Shown here one piece after another: positions 1-9,526 of a stretch of DNA of 64,000 nucleotides. Where the stretch lies: positions 1,399 through 65,398 of the forward strand of contig CAIJZI010000006.1 of the NCBI GenBank assembly GCA_903825105.1. The letters are read 5' to 3'. Each line of letters starts with the position of its first letter. The stretch's first letter is position 1. The translations under genes and the position numbers were made by a program. Under the pieces are notes generated by a model. The model did no database searches. It was not told the origin of the DNA and worked only from the letters and a program-made list of their open reading frames with translations. Source of the stretch: an uncultured bacterium (GTDB taxonomy: Bacteria; Patescibacteriota; Minisyncoccia; Phycocordibacterales; Phycocordibacteraceae).

Positions 1-864
1 GCTCTGCCGATAAAAAATTATCAGGTCGATATCGAAAAGTTAAAAAAGATGATTCGGCCAGAAACCATTTTAGTTTCAATGGACGCCGTCTGTGGCGAGA
101 CGGGCGTGATCTGGAACACGCGCGAAGTCGCCGATGTTTTGAAAAAATTTCGCACGGGCAATCCAGAAAAACAGAGCGCTCCGGCCGCTCGGCCAATTCA
201 ACTCTGTTTTTCCGGCTCGCCCGTGCTCCATATCGACGCGAGTCAGGCACCACTGACAGAAAAAATTTCTCGTGCGCACTTCGGCGCAGATCTGCTTACT
301 TTTGACGCATCGAAAGTGGGCACGACGCGCGGCATTGGCATTTTAATCGCGCATCGCACTATCCCCATTCTTCCTTTTTATTATGGTGGCGGGCAAGAGA
401 GAGGGCTCCACTCGGGGAGCGAAGCGCCCGATCTCGCGCAGAGCTTCGCGAGAGACTTGTGCGCAGTGAATCGTAATCGAGAAAAATTTGTCACGAGAGC
501 GAAGAAAGAACGCGCGCAACTTATAGATTTTATTAAAAAGAATATAAAGTTAAAAGAAAGCGAAGTATATATAAATGAAGCACCAGCCGATAGACAAGTG
601 CCAAACATTCTTAATCTCTCATTCCCAAATCAGGACACCGATTATCTCGTCGCCCTGCTCGACGAAGCAGGCTTCGCTGTCTCGACCAGAAGCGCCTGCG
701 AGACCAACTCTGCCGACGGCTCTCGCGCTGTCTTCTCCTTAACCGGCGACAAATCCCGCGCCCTCGCTACGCTACGCATCTCTTGGGGGGCATCCACTTC
801 TCATCGTTCTCTCTCCCGTTTCGCCAAAGCACTCGCGAAGGCGGCGGAGTTTATTACGACTTGA
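1..864 (+). CDS. iscS: Cysteine desulfurase, IscS/NifS family (5'-truncated by window edge)
   Basis: Frame open from base 1; HIDASQ, SKVG (PLP lysine), GGGQERGLHSG and STRSAC (catalytic Cys) motifs. Confidence 0.85.
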   Translation, partial: ALPIKNYQVDIEKLKKMIRPETILVSMDAVCGETGVIWNTREVADVLKKFRTGNPEKQSAPAARPIQLCFSGSPVLHIDASQAPLTEKISRAHFGADLLTFDASKVGTTRGIGILIAHRTIPILPFYYGGGQERGLHSGSEAPDLAQSFARDLCAVNRNREKFVTRAKKERAQLIDFIKKNIKLKESEVYINEAPADRQVPNILNLSFPNQDTDYLVALLDEAGFAVSTRSACETNSADGSRAVFSLTGDKSRALATLRISWGASTSHRSLSRFAKALAKAAEFITT

Positions 865-895
865 ATTTATATATCATTTGATATACTTCGTGCAT

Positions 896-1387
896 ATGAC
901 TAAACATATTTGGGAGGGAGTTCGTGGTCCAAAAGAAGAATGGGTTCCAATCGATGAATTTCCAGATGAAAAAGAGACGGCCTTGAATCCAGAACAACGA
1001 ATCGTTCTTATGGATCTGTATCAAAAGGGATTGTTGAGTGAAGAAGAACGCGAGTTGGCTGAAGAATGTCTCGGGATAATGACTGATGACGCGCCAAAAG
1101 ATGTGAAGGATGAAAAGCCTGTCGATGTAGAAGATGTCCCCATTCAGGAAGATCCAGAGCCTAAGACATTTGAATCACCAGAAATGGAGGATTACGAAGA
1201 CGGATTGTCCGCCAGCGGTCGAGAAGATCTCCTAAAAGTGAAGGGTTGGTTTGTGAAAGCTAGATCTAGACGTGGTGATAATAAAAGAGATTGGAAGTCT
1301 TCCGCCAGTCCGCACGGAAGAAGTACTATACGGAAACCATCAGAAGATGGCGACGCCCAGCTTCGTGATAACCCTTACGATAGATAA
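896..1387 (+). CDS. Hypothetical acidic protein
   Basis: ORF; ATG 896 chosen because TGaTATACT (879-887) lies 8 nt upstream. Confidence 0.6.
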   Translation: MTKHIWEGVRGPKEEWVPIDEFPDEKETALNPEQRIVLMDLYQKGLLSEEERELAEECLGIMTDDAPKDVKDEKPVDVEDVPIQEDPEPKTFESPEMEDYEDGLSASGREDLLKVKGWFVKARSRRGDNKRDWKSSASPHGRSTIRKPSEDGDAQLRDNPYDR

Positions 1388-1418
1388 AAATTAGAAAGAC
1401 GAAAACGCTTCGTCAATA

Positions 1419-1455
1419 CATAGGAGTTTCCTATGCAATAATTCCTATGCAATAA
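1419..1455. repeat. Short palindrome plus 14-bp tandem duplication
   Basis: CATAGGA-gtt-TCCTATG (1419-1435); TTCCTATGCAATAA at 1428-1441 and 1442-1455. Confidence 0.6.
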
Positions 1456-1490
1456 AAATCAGTAAAGTTTATTGATGTATAATTTTTGCT

Positions 1491-2201
1491 ATGGAAGCAA
1501 AACCCTCTCAAATAGATAACGAGTCTCTTGTCGAGATTAATAGGGAACAAATTGAAAATAATGTTGCATTAAAGATAGAAAAATTGAAACAGTTACCGAT
1601 AATCGCAAAAGCTTTTGAAATGCTCGACGCTTTGCCAGATTATTTGAGATACCACGCGAAATCACACACAGAAGACGTTTTTCACGAGGCAGTACTTTTT
1701 GGGATGGTAGATGGATTGGGAGGAAAAGAAATCGAGAGGCTCGCTGTAGCTGCAGCGTGGCACGATGTCGGATATTTAGTTAGACCAAAAGACAACGAAG
1801 AAGTGGCAGTTGAACTATTTGAAAAAGAAATAGCTGGGTTGAATTTGGAATATGCAGAAGATGTCAAAAAAATGATAATGGACACAAAATTGAAAATGAC
1901 AGAAAAAGGTCCAGAAATACTGATGACCGACCCAGTTTCAGCCCATTTGCTTGATGCGGATGTGAGCAATTTCGGCAGAACGGACTTCTTACAAAAAAGA
2001 GATTTGCTCGTAGAAGAATTAAAAATTGATTTAACTGATAAAGATACAAAAAGAAAATTTTTAGAGTTCGAATTAGCTTTATTAAAAAATCATGAGTGGC
2101 ATACAGAAGCAGCTCGTAAACTCAGACAAGAACAAAAAGATAAAAATACCGAAGAATTGGAAAAAGAAATCGCAGGAATTGACACCAGCGGTCAACGGTA
2201 G
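1491..2201 (+). CDS. HD-domain metal-dependent phosphohydrolase
   Basis: YHAKSHTEDV, AAAWHDVG, LLDADVSNFGR motifs. Confidence 0.8.
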   Translation: MEAKPSQIDNESLVEINREQIENNVALKIEKLKQLPIIAKAFEMLDALPDYLRYHAKSHTEDVFHEAVLFGMVDGLGGKEIERLAVAAAWHDVGYLVRPKDNEEVAVELFEKEIAGLNLEYAEDVKKMIMDTKLKMTEKGPEILMTDPVSAHLLDADVSNFGRTDFLQKRDLLVEELKIDLTDKDTKRKFLEFELALLKNHEWHTEAARKLRQEQKDKNTEELEKEIAGIDTSGQR

Positions 2202-2213
2202 CATTATAGGGGT

Positions 2214-2978
2214 ATGAATATTGAGGAACTCTCTAAATCACAGCTTATACTCCTCACGATTCTCGTGAACTTCGTTACCTCGGTCGCGACCGGTATCTTG
2301 ACCGTTTCTCTGCTCGATCAAGCGCCGCCATTTGTCACCCAGACCGTGAATCGTGTCGTCGAGCACACCATAGAAACCGTCTCGAAGGTCGCTCCTGCTG
2401 CGATTGTTCAAGCGCCCGCGCCCTCGAATCAGGATCTCGTTATGTCTGCGATTGGTGCTGATGCGACTCGTGCTGTAGTTATCTTCGATGCCAAGACGGG
2501 CACTTCGACTCCGGCGATTTCTGTCGGCACTTATCTGCCAAAGGCGCGCGCGGTCGCTACCGCTTCGCAGGACGCATTACCGAAAGAGGCTCTTATTGAA
2601 TTCCCGGGAGGAACATATGTAGAAGCCTCGCTCTCTCATAATGGAAATGGAATAACGATTTATGGCTTCGCGGACAGCGCTTCGCTCCCAAAGGTGACAT
2701 CACCATCATTGATTGGTGTGGGGGAGTTAAAGCTCGGCCAAACAGTGCTCGCGATTACTTCTGATGGCTCTGCCGCTACGGGGATTGTCGCGCGTGTGAC
2801 TAAGACGAGCATCCGTACAACATTGCCAGACATTGGCGCAGGAAGCGCGGCAGTCGATCTCTCGGGGAATCTGATCGGTATCGGCGCAGGAGTAACACCG
2901 GGGCTTCTTATCGGGAGTGACATCATCACCATACTTCTAAATGCGACCACAACAGCGACCTCGACCGTTTCTAAATGA
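2214..2978 (+). CDS. Membrane-anchored trypsin/HtrA-like protein, probably catalytically degenerate
   Basis: N-terminal TM; LKLGQTVLAI...GIVA and AAVDLSGNLIGI resemble S1C proteases but GNSGG is replaced by GAGSA. Confidence 0.55.
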   Translation: MNIEELSKSQLILLTILVNFVTSVATGILTVSLLDQAPPFVTQTVNRVVEHTIETVSKVAPAAIVQAPAPSNQDLVMSAIGADATRAVVIFDAKTGTSTPAISVGTYLPKARAVATASQDALPKEALIEFPGGTYVEASLSHNGNGITIYGFADSASLPKVTSPSLIGVGELKLGQTVLAITSDGSAATGIVARVTKTSIRTTLPDIGAGSAAVDLSGNLIGIGAGVTPGLLIGSDIITILLNATTTATSTVSK

Positions 2979-3026
2979 TTATAATTAATTTCACAACGAT
3001 AAACTACTCACCATAATCTATTTATT

Positions 3027-5735
3027 ATGCCACCGTCATTTAATAATTTCACCGCGAAAGCAAAGGAGGCCGTGCAGCGATCGCACGAACTCGCCATTGA
3101 GCGCGGGCAGAATCATGTGTCGTCACTCCACTTGCTCGCTGCGCTCGTCTTCCAAGAAGAGTCGCTCGTTTTTTCTATTCTTGACCGTATGGGAATTGAT
3201 ACGGTTGCCTTCGCAGACGCTGTAGTCGAACGCCTCGAGACTCCAGAGAACGCAACCGTCCTCTCGCCGTCTTATCAGATCTATCTCACGCCAGAACTCG
3301 CACAAGCTCTTGAAGCTTCAGGCAAGATCGCCGCGCGGATGAATGACGCTTTTATCGGCACCGAGCATCTGTTCCTCGCTGTTCTTGAACATTCAGGTAC
3401 TGCGGCAGACATTCTCGCGCGATTTTCTATCACTCAAGCGTCAGCCGCTGCGGTGTTGAAGGAATTAAAAAATTCAAAAGATGGCCAGATCGTAGAGCCG
3501 AAACAGTTCCGCGCGCTCTCGAAGTATGCGCGCAATCTGACAAAACTCGCGGCAGAAAATAAGCTCGACCCCGTCATCGGTAGAGATTTTGAAATCAATC
3601 GCGTGATTCAAATCCTTTCTCGTCGCACCAAAAATAATCCGATTCTCATCGGCGAAGCGGGTGTCGGGAAAACCGCAATCGCTGAAGGCCTCGCCGCGCG
3701 CATGGCGACAAACGATGTGCCAGAATCGCTCAAAGGGAAGGAGCTGCTCTCGCTCGACCTCGGACTTATGGTCGCGGGCACCAAGTATCGCGGCGAATTT
3801 GAAGAACGGATGAAAAATGTGATGAAAGAAGTCGCGCGTGCAGAAGGAAAGATTATTCTCTTTGTTGACGAACTGCACACACTCGTTGGCGCGGGCGGGG
3901 CAGAAGGCTCACTCGACGCTTCGAATATGTTGAAGCCAGCACTCTCGCGCGGCGAGATCCACATCATTGGCGCGACGACGCTGAAGGAATATCAGAAGTA
4001 TATAGAAAAAGATGCTGCACTCACGCGCCGATTCCAATCCGTTTTCGTGAACGAGCCTTCGATTGAAGACGGCATCGCGATTCTCCGCGGACTGCGCGAT
4101 AAATATGAACTCTTCCATGGCGTACGCATCACTGACGGCGCGATTGTTGCTGCGGTTGAACTCTCTTCGCGCTACATCAGTGACCGATTTTTGCCAGACA
4201 AAGCGATTGACCTTATCGACGAAGCTGCGTCGGGCCTTCGTATCGCACTCGAGAATAAACCACCGTTGCTTGAAGAAACGGATAGAAAGATTCGTCGTCT
4301 CGAAATAGAGAAGCAGGCATTACAAAAAGATCTTGATATCGAGAACTCGAGTGGTACTGCTGTCGTCGGAAAAGAAATAAAGGAGCGTATCAAGGTAATC
4401 GATGCAGAGGTCGCCGATCTGCGCGAGAAAACGAGCGAGCTTGAACTCAAATGGAAAAATGAAAAAGAAGTGTTGACGGGCATTCGCGCTGACAAGACAG
4501 AACTCGAGTCATTAAAAATACAAGCAGACAATGCAGAAATCGCCGCCGATCTCGGCACTGCCGCAGAAATTCGCTACGGGAAGATCCCGCATTTGCAAAA
4601 AGATTTGGAGACAAAATTAAAACGCTTGAAAACTTTACAAAAATCGCGTCGCGTTTTGAACGAAGAAGTGAGTGAAGGAAATATCGCAGAAGTGGTGAGT
4701 CGCTGGACCGGTATCCCCGTCGCTCGAATGCTCGAAGAAGAAGCAGCGAAGCTCGCGCGAATGGAGAGTGAACTCAAGGCGTGTGTTATCGGTCAAGATG
4801 ATGCGGTAAAGAAGGTAACGGACGCGGTGAAGCGCTCGCGCGTGGGCATTTCTGATCCGAATCGCCCGATTGGCTCATTCCTCTTCCTTGGTCCAACCGG
4901 CGTGGGGAAGACCGAACTCTCGAAGAAGCTCGCGGAATTTATGTTTAATGACACTGAAGCACTCGTGCGCGTTGATATGAGCGAATTTATGGAGAAGCAT
5001 TCTGTCGCAAAACTGATCGGTGCACCACCGGGCTATGTCGGTTATGAAGAAGCCGGCACTTTGACTGAGCGGATTCGTCATCGCCCCTATGCTGTCGTCC
5101 TTTTTGACGAAATAGAGAAGGCGCACCCAGAAGTCTTCAACATTCTGCTTCAGGTTCTTGATTCTGGGCACCTCACTGACGGCAAGGGGCGCAAGGTGAA
5201 TTTCAAAAATACGATTATCGTGCTCACGAGTAATGTCGGTGGAGAATTTGTCGATCGCCTCGCGCGTATCGGCTTCGGCACGGCGGGCGCGACCGACGCG
5301 ACGCGTTATGAAGAAACAAAAGAGCGCGTGATGGGCGCTTTGAAGGAGCACTTCCGTCCAGAATTCTTAAATCGTCTCGACGACATTATCATCTTCGATC
5401 TTCTTACTAAAGAAGCGCTCACGAAGATTGTCGATAATCAGATCGAAGAAGTCACTGGTCGCCTCGCACACAAGCGTATCGCGCTCGCATTCTCGAGTGA
5501 AGTCCGCCTCTGGCTCGCAGAAAAAGGCTATAGCCCGCTCTATGGCGCACGCCCACTTCGCCGAACGATTCAGGACAAAATCCTCACCCCACTCGCTTCG
5601 CTTATGGTCGCGCAGGGCGTTCGCGAAGGCTGCACAGTCACCATTTCTATCAAGGGTGGCGAACCACACTTCGATGTCGCGAAGAAGCGTGTGGCGCAGA
5701 AAATGCGCATGAAAGAAACAGAGACTATTGCATAA
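3027..5735 (+). CDS. clpB: ATP-dependent chaperone ClpB
   Basis: Clp N repeats, GEAGVGKT and GPTGVGKT Walker A motifs, long coiled-coil middle domain, GARPLRR. Confidence 0.92.
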   Translation: MPPSFNNFTAKAKEAVQRSHELAIERGQNHVSSLHLLAALVFQEESLVFSILDRMGIDTVAFADAVVERLETPENATVLSPSYQIYLTPELAQALEASGKIAARMNDAFIGTEHLFLAVLEHSGTAADILARFSITQASAAAVLKELKNSKDGQIVEPKQFRALSKYARNLTKLAAENKLDPVIGRDFEINRVIQILSRRTKNNPILIGEAGVGKTAIAEGLAARMATNDVPESLKGKELLSLDLGLMVAGTKYRGEFEERMKNVMKEVARAEGKIILFVDELHTLVGAGGAEGSLDASNMLKPALSRGEIHIIGATTLKEYQKYIEKDAALTRRFQSVFVNEPSIEDGIAILRGLRDKYELFHGVRITDGAIVAAVELSSRYISDRFLPDKAIDLIDEAASGLRIALENKPPLLEETDRKIRRLEIEKQALQKDLDIENSSGTAVVGKEIKERIKVIDAEVADLREKTSELELKWKNEKEVLTGIRADKTELESLKIQADNAEIAADLGTAAEIRYGKIPHLQKDLETKLKRLKTLQKSRRVLNEEVSEGNIAEVVSRWTGIPVARMLEEEAAKLARMESELKACVIGQDDAVKKVTDAVKRSRVGISDPNRPIGSFLFLGPTGVGKTELSKKLAEFMFNDTEALVRVDMSEFMEKHSVAKLIGAPPGYVGYEEAGTLTERIRHRPYAVVLFDEIEKAHPEVFNILLQVLDSGHLTDGKGRKVNFKNTIIVLTSNVGGEFVDRLARIGFGTAGATDATRYEETKERVMGALKEHFRPEFLNRLDDIIIFDLLTKEALTKIVDNQIEEVTGRLAHKRIALAFSSEVRLWLAEKGYSPLYGARPLRRTIQDKILTPLASLMVAQGVREGCTVTISIKGGEPHFDVAKKRVAQKMRMKETETIA

Positions 5736-5762
5736 ATCCATTATTTTTGTTAGATTTTATCT

Positions 5763-5933
5763 ATGTCACAAGACCGCGTTATCCGCATGCAATCATCTGC
5801 ATCGAAACATTTAAGAATTATCCGCAAGAACAAGAAAAAAGTTGAGCGGAAAATACAACTTACTAAATACGACCCTGTCGCGAGGAAGCGTGCGGTGTAT
5901 AAAGAAATTAAATGGAAGGGAAAGGGCGGATAA
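5763..5933 (+). CDS. rpmG: 50S ribosomal protein L33 (56 aa, missed by ORF track)
   Basis: Manual translation MSQDRVIRMQSSASKHLRIIRKNKKKVERKIQLTKYDPVARKRAVYKEIKWKGKGG; KNKK..ERK..L.KYDPV.RK..YKE pattern; zinc-free type. Confidence 0.9.
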   Translation: MSQDRVIRMQSSASKHLRIIRKNKKKVERKIQLTKYDPVARKRAVYKEIKWKGKGG

Positions 5934-5944
5934 ATAAACTCTGT

Positions 5945-7054
5945 ATGCTGAAAAAGATGTGGTCGACTTGTTCAAGATCAAGTCGTTTTTGGTGTTGGAC
6001 GGGAGTTGGTGTTATCGTGCTCGCTTTCGTTTATCTATTCTTTTTCGCCAACATTTTTCAAACTGAATATCGCTCGCTCGCGGCTGATGCACCGGAAAAA
6101 TTTATTCCATTGCCGGTATTTAATCGCGCTGACTACGACGCGCGCCTCCTCGCCCTCGCACACTTAGGGGTCGGACCGCTAAGTGAACTTAGCGGTCCGA
6201 CCCCTAAGTCGGCCACATCAACAGCGACTTCAACGCCGACGCTCTGGCCCGTAAAGACAGCATATCCAGACGCCGGCGCGATTCTCCCTTTTAAACGCAT
6301 CGTCGCGTACTACGGCAATTTTTATTCAAAAGGAATGGGCGTGCTCGGTGAATATCCTTCTGACCAGATGCTCGATATGCTAAGAAATGAAGTCAAGGTT
6401 TGGTCAGCCGCAGATCCGACCACTCCCGTCGTGCCCGCGATCCAAGAGATCGCTGTCGTCGCGCAGGCGAGTGCTGGCAGAGAAGGGAAATATATTTTAA
6501 GAATGCCAGATGAGCAGATTGATCACGCGCTCGAGCTCGCGCACAAGATAAACGGCATTGTGATTCTCGATGTGCAGGTAGGGAAGAGTACGCTCGAACA
6601 CGAGCTCCCGATGCTCGACAAGTATCTCGCGATGCCTGAAGTGCATCTCGCTATCGACCCAGAATTCTCGATGAAATTTGGCGATAAGCCGGGAACGGTC
6701 ATCGGTACTTTTGATGCAACCGATATCAATTATGCAGTTCAACATCTCGCAACTATTGTAAAAGAAAATAAGCTCGCGCCGAAGATTCTCGTCGTGCACC
6801 GCTTCACTCAAGCGATGGTGACGAATTATGAAAAGATACAGACCTCGCCTGAGGTGCAGATCGTGATGGATATGGACGGCTTCGGCTCGAAGGCAAAAAA
6901 GTTTAATACCTATAAGCGCGTTATTTATCCGGAGCCAGTGCAATTCACGGGCATCAAATTATTTTATAAAAATGACAACAATGCCGACGGCATCCTCTCT
7001 CCCGCAGAAGTGTTAAAAATGCTCCCCACGCCGATTTATATTCAGTATCAATAA
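5945..7054 (+). CDS. Membrane-anchored extracellular protein (conserved hypothetical, possibly glycoside-hydrolase-like fold)
   Basis: N-terminal TM; RIVAYYG, LDVQVG, HLAIDPEF, VVHRF, DMDGFG, GIKLFY blocks; start uncertain. Confidence 0.6.
   Translation: MLKKMWSTCSRSSRFWCWTGVGVIVLAFVYLFFFANIFQTEYRSLAADAPEKFIPLPVFNRADYDARLLALAHLGVGPLSELSGPTPKSATSTATSTPTLWPVKTAYPDAGAILPFKRIVAYYGNFYSKGMGVLGEYPSDQMLDMLRNEVKVWSAADPTTPVVPAIQEIAVVAQASAGREGKYILRMPDEQIDHALELAHKINGIVILDVQVGKSTLEHELPMLDKYLAMPEVHLAIDPEFSMKFGDKPGTVIGTFDATDINYAVQHLATIVKENKLAPKILVVHRFTQAMVTNYEKIQTSPEVQIVMDMDGFGSKAKKFNTYKRVIYPEPVQFTGIKLFYKNDNNADGILSPAEVLKMLPTPIYIQYQ
6162..6209. repeat. Paired 23-bp palindromic element inside a CDS (TCGGA-loop family)
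   Basis: ACTTAGGGGTCGGACCGCTAAGT-ga-ACTTAGCGGTCCGACCCCTAAGT, perfect inverted pair. Confidence 0.9.
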
Positions 7055-7061
7055 GCATTTT

Positions 7062-7090
7062 AAATGTTGGACATCGGAAGTCCAACATTT
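7062..7090. repeat. Palindromic element between convergent genes (TCGGA-loop family)
   Basis: AAATGTTGGAC-ATCGGAA-GTCCAACATTT; near-copy inside uvrC at 28919-28943. Confidence 0.8.
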
Positions 7091-7391
7091 ACTTTTCGCC
7101 CTTCAGAATTATTCGCCCGTCAAATCCGCCGCGGTCGGCGAGCTTTTGGAGACGCAATACCTCCACGTCAGCATACTCGGGTAATCTTTTCAGTGCCTCG
7201 ACGACTTCTATCACATCTGCCAATTCTTCAGGATCGCCAGCTTCGTTAAATTCGCCAACTTCTTCTGCTAATTTTTTAATCAGTTCAGTTTTGTATTCTT
7301 CAGGCGAGGCAATTCTTTTTTCATACGGTACGCCCTTTGCATCCATTATTTCAGGAATGCGATCTCGCACCAGCTTGTTGTAACTTGTCAT
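7089..7391 (-). CDS. MazG/PRA-PH-like nucleoside triphosphate pyrophosphohydrolase
   Basis: YNKLVRDRIPEI, KLAEEVGEF, EELADVIEV, RGGF motifs. Confidence 0.85.
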   Translation of the reverse strand: MTSYNKLVRDRIPEIMDAKGVPYEKRIASPEEYKTELIKKLAEEVGEFNEAGDPEELADVIEVVEALKRLPEYADVEVLRLQKLADRGGFDGRIILKGEK

Positions 7392-7461
7392 AAAATAATT
7401 CTATCACGCATAAAAAAAGAAAAGGGCTTCGCCGAAGCGAAGCCCTTGTGGTGTTGTGCCG

Positions 7462-8052
7462 TCAGAATGAAAAATCGACAGCAAACGTTGTGTTTGTTTT
7501 TCTGGTATCGCGGTCGTAGAGAGTCGCGCCCCAGACGGTCACATTTTTCCGCGCGGCGTACTCGACACGCGGTCCGATTCCGCTGGCTGTCGCTTCGTCC
7601 ATCATGCCGATGTTGAAATTCTTCGGCAGGTGATATACGGCTGTGATGTAGCGGTATGGACCACTCGCGCCGTTTTCGAAGACTCCGAAGAAATCCGCTT
7701 TTTTGACAGTGGCACTGAACATGCCTGCGTAGCGGATCCCGTTCGGGTTCATTTCGCGTCCAGCAGCGACGCCGAACTGGAGCCACGAAGCGGGCTTCCA
7801 TGTCGGGCCGGCATAGGCCTCGAACCAGCTTGAGCCGCTCCACACCTTCTCGGTGAAACTATAAACACCAATAGAAGATGTCAGTTGGTGTCTGTACATC
7901 CCGATCAGTTGGTAGTGCCCCGTAGCCGATTGGCCGCGGTTTTCGATGAAGATGCCGAGATCTTTCTTCTCGGCTGCTGTCGGTTTGTCCGCCGCGGGGG
8001 CGGAGACCGAAATGATTGCAAACAACATCAAAGAGCAAAAAAACTTGTTCAT
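7462..8052 (-). CDS. Secreted beta-strand-rich protein, outer-membrane beta-barrel-like
   Basis: SD GGAGGAG before ATG 8052; signal peptide ending APA; alternating aromatic strands; C-terminus TTFAVDFSF. Confidence 0.6.
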   Translation of the reverse strand: MNKFFCSLMLFAIISVSAPAADKPTAAEKKDLGIFIENRGQSATGHYQLIGMYRHQLTSSIGVYSFTEKVWSGSSWFEAYAGPTWKPASWLQFGVAAGREMNPNGIRYAGMFSATVKKADFFGVFENGASGPYRYITAVYHLPKNFNIGMMDEATASGIGPRVEYAARKNVTVWGATLYDRDTRKTNTTFAVDFSF

Positions 8053-8098
8053 CGTATCTCCTCCGCTTCCGCGGTTGAAATTTTGGACCTCTGCATAT

Positions 8099-8127
8099 AG
8101 GTTAGCATACTTATAATTATTTGTCAA
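8099..8127 (-). promoter_or_regulatory. Sigma70-type promoter of the beta-barrel-like gene
   Basis: Minus strand TTGACA-17 nt-TAACCT with extended TG. Confidence 0.6.
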
Positions 8128-8159
8128 GTTGTGGAGCGGGGTGGTAGTATTTACCTCAT

Positions 8160-8855
8160 ATGAACACAGAAACAAACAAATATTTTTTACCAGCAGCAGT
8201 AATCCTCGCAGGGCTCTTTATCGCCGGCGCAGTATTCTGGAATGGTTCTCATCCAAAGGCGGCGAATCCGACAGACACGAACACCGCGCCAGTTGTCGAT
8301 ATTAAAAATGTGAAGACGGACGGCGATCCTTTTATTGGCAACGCGAATGCGCCTATCGTAATCGCTGAATGGACGGATTATCAGTGTCCATTCTGTAAGC
8401 AGTTTGAAACCACGACGCTCCCACAAATCGAGAAGAATTATATCGAAGCAGGAAAAGTAAAAATCGTGTTTAAAGATTTTCAATTTCTCGGGGCTGACTC
8501 TCTCGTTGACGCAGAATACGCACGCGCAGTTTGGGCGCTCTACCCGGCGCAGTTCCCAGCTTGGCGCGAGGCACTCTTTAGCCAAGAGCCACAAGAAAAT
8601 AGCTTGAACGCGGCGGACAATCTTAAATTTGTTCTTAAGGTAACCGGCTCGGTCGCGGGCATTGATGTAAATAAAGTGACTGCTGATGTGAAAGCGAATC
8701 AAGCGAAATATGATGCCGTAATCGAAGAAGATAAGACAGAGGCAGGGGACTTCGGCATCCAAGCGACACCATCATTTGTCGTTGGTACTCAAATGATCGC
8801 GGGCGCGTACCCGTACGCGACATTCCAGACCGCGATCGACGCACTTCTGAAGTAG
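8160..8855 (+). CDS. DsbA-family thioredoxin-fold protein
   Basis: N-terminal TM, DYQCPFC active site, GIQATPSF cis-Pro loop. Confidence 0.9.
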   Translation: MNTETNKYFLPAAVILAGLFIAGAVFWNGSHPKAANPTDTNTAPVVDIKNVKTDGDPFIGNANAPIVIAEWTDYQCPFCKQFETTTLPQIEKNYIEAGKVKIVFKDFQFLGADSLVDAEYARAVWALYPAQFPAWREALFSQEPQENSLNAADNLKFVLKVTGSVAGIDVNKVTADVKANQAKYDAVIEEDKTEAGDFGIQATPSFVVGTQMIAGAYPYATFQTAIDALLK

Positions 8856-8857
8856 TT

Positions 8858-8902
8858 AAAAAAATAAAACCCCGCCCCTTAGGGGCGGGGTTTTATTTTT
8901 TC
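8858..8902. terminator. Bidirectional intrinsic terminator
   Basis: AAAATAAAACCCCGCCCCT-T-AGGGGCGGGGTTTTATTTT between convergent genes. Confidence 0.8.
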
Positions 8903-9504
8903 CCGCGGAGGTAGCTGATTAAAACGGGGAGTAAAGAGAGTGCGACAATGGTGAGAGAGAATGGAAGTACATAATGTTCGCTATTTGGAACTACCGAGCC
9001 GAGGAAGTAGCCAAGCGAGACCATCCCTGCGCCCCAAGTGACGCCACCGATGACGTTAAAAGAGAGAAATCGAGAATAGTGCATCTGTCCCACTCCCGCC
9101 AAGACGGGCGCGAGCGTTCGTACGATCGGCACGAATCGTGCGAGGATAATCGCCCTGCCACCATACGCTTCAAAAAACTTTTGTGTTCGGCCAACATATT
9201 CCTGTTTAAAAAAACGTGAATTTGGCCTTTTAAATAAAGTGTCGCCCATTTTCGCTCCGAACCAGTAGCCCGTAGAATCGCCCAGTATCGCCGCGAGAAT
9301 GACGATTATGACGAGTAGAGGGAATGAGAGAATACTGTGCGCGGCGAGAAGGCCAGCGATAAAGAGGAGAGAATCACCGGGGAAGAAGACTCCGAGTAAG
9401 ATCCCGCTCTCTGCGAAGATAAGAAGAGCAATGCCGATATAGCCACCAAATTTTATAATGGCGAGCGGGTTGAGATGTATACAGGCGTAGAGAAATGCGT
9501 GCAT
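8893..9504 (-). CDS. DedA/SNARE-associated membrane protein
   Basis: FAESG..FFPGDSLLF, GDSTGYWFG, ARFVPIVRT motifs. Confidence 0.9.
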   Translation of the reverse strand: MHAFLYACIHLNPLAIIKFGGYIGIALLIFAESGILLGVFFPGDSLLFIAGLLAAHSILSFPLLVIIVILAAILGDSTGYWFGAKMGDTLFKRPNSRFFKQEYVGRTQKFFEAYGGRAIILARFVPIVRTLAPVLAGVGQMHYSRFLSFNVIGGVTWGAGMVSLGYFLGSVVPNSEHYVLPFSLTIVALSLLPVLISYLRGKK

Positions 9505-9511
9505 CTTATGC

Positions 9512-9519
9512 AGTATACT
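9512..9519. promoter_or_regulatory. Palindromic -10 element shared by two divergent, probably leaderless genes
   Basis: AGTATACT reads TATACT on both strands, 7 nt before ATG 9527 (+) and 7 nt before ATG 9504 (-). Confidence 0.6.
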
Positions 9520-9526
9520 AGAGTTA

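Noticed and set aside
1491-2201. HD protein as part of a Pycsar/CBASS-type system
   Set aside because: No cyclase, TM effector domain or other defence genes adjacent
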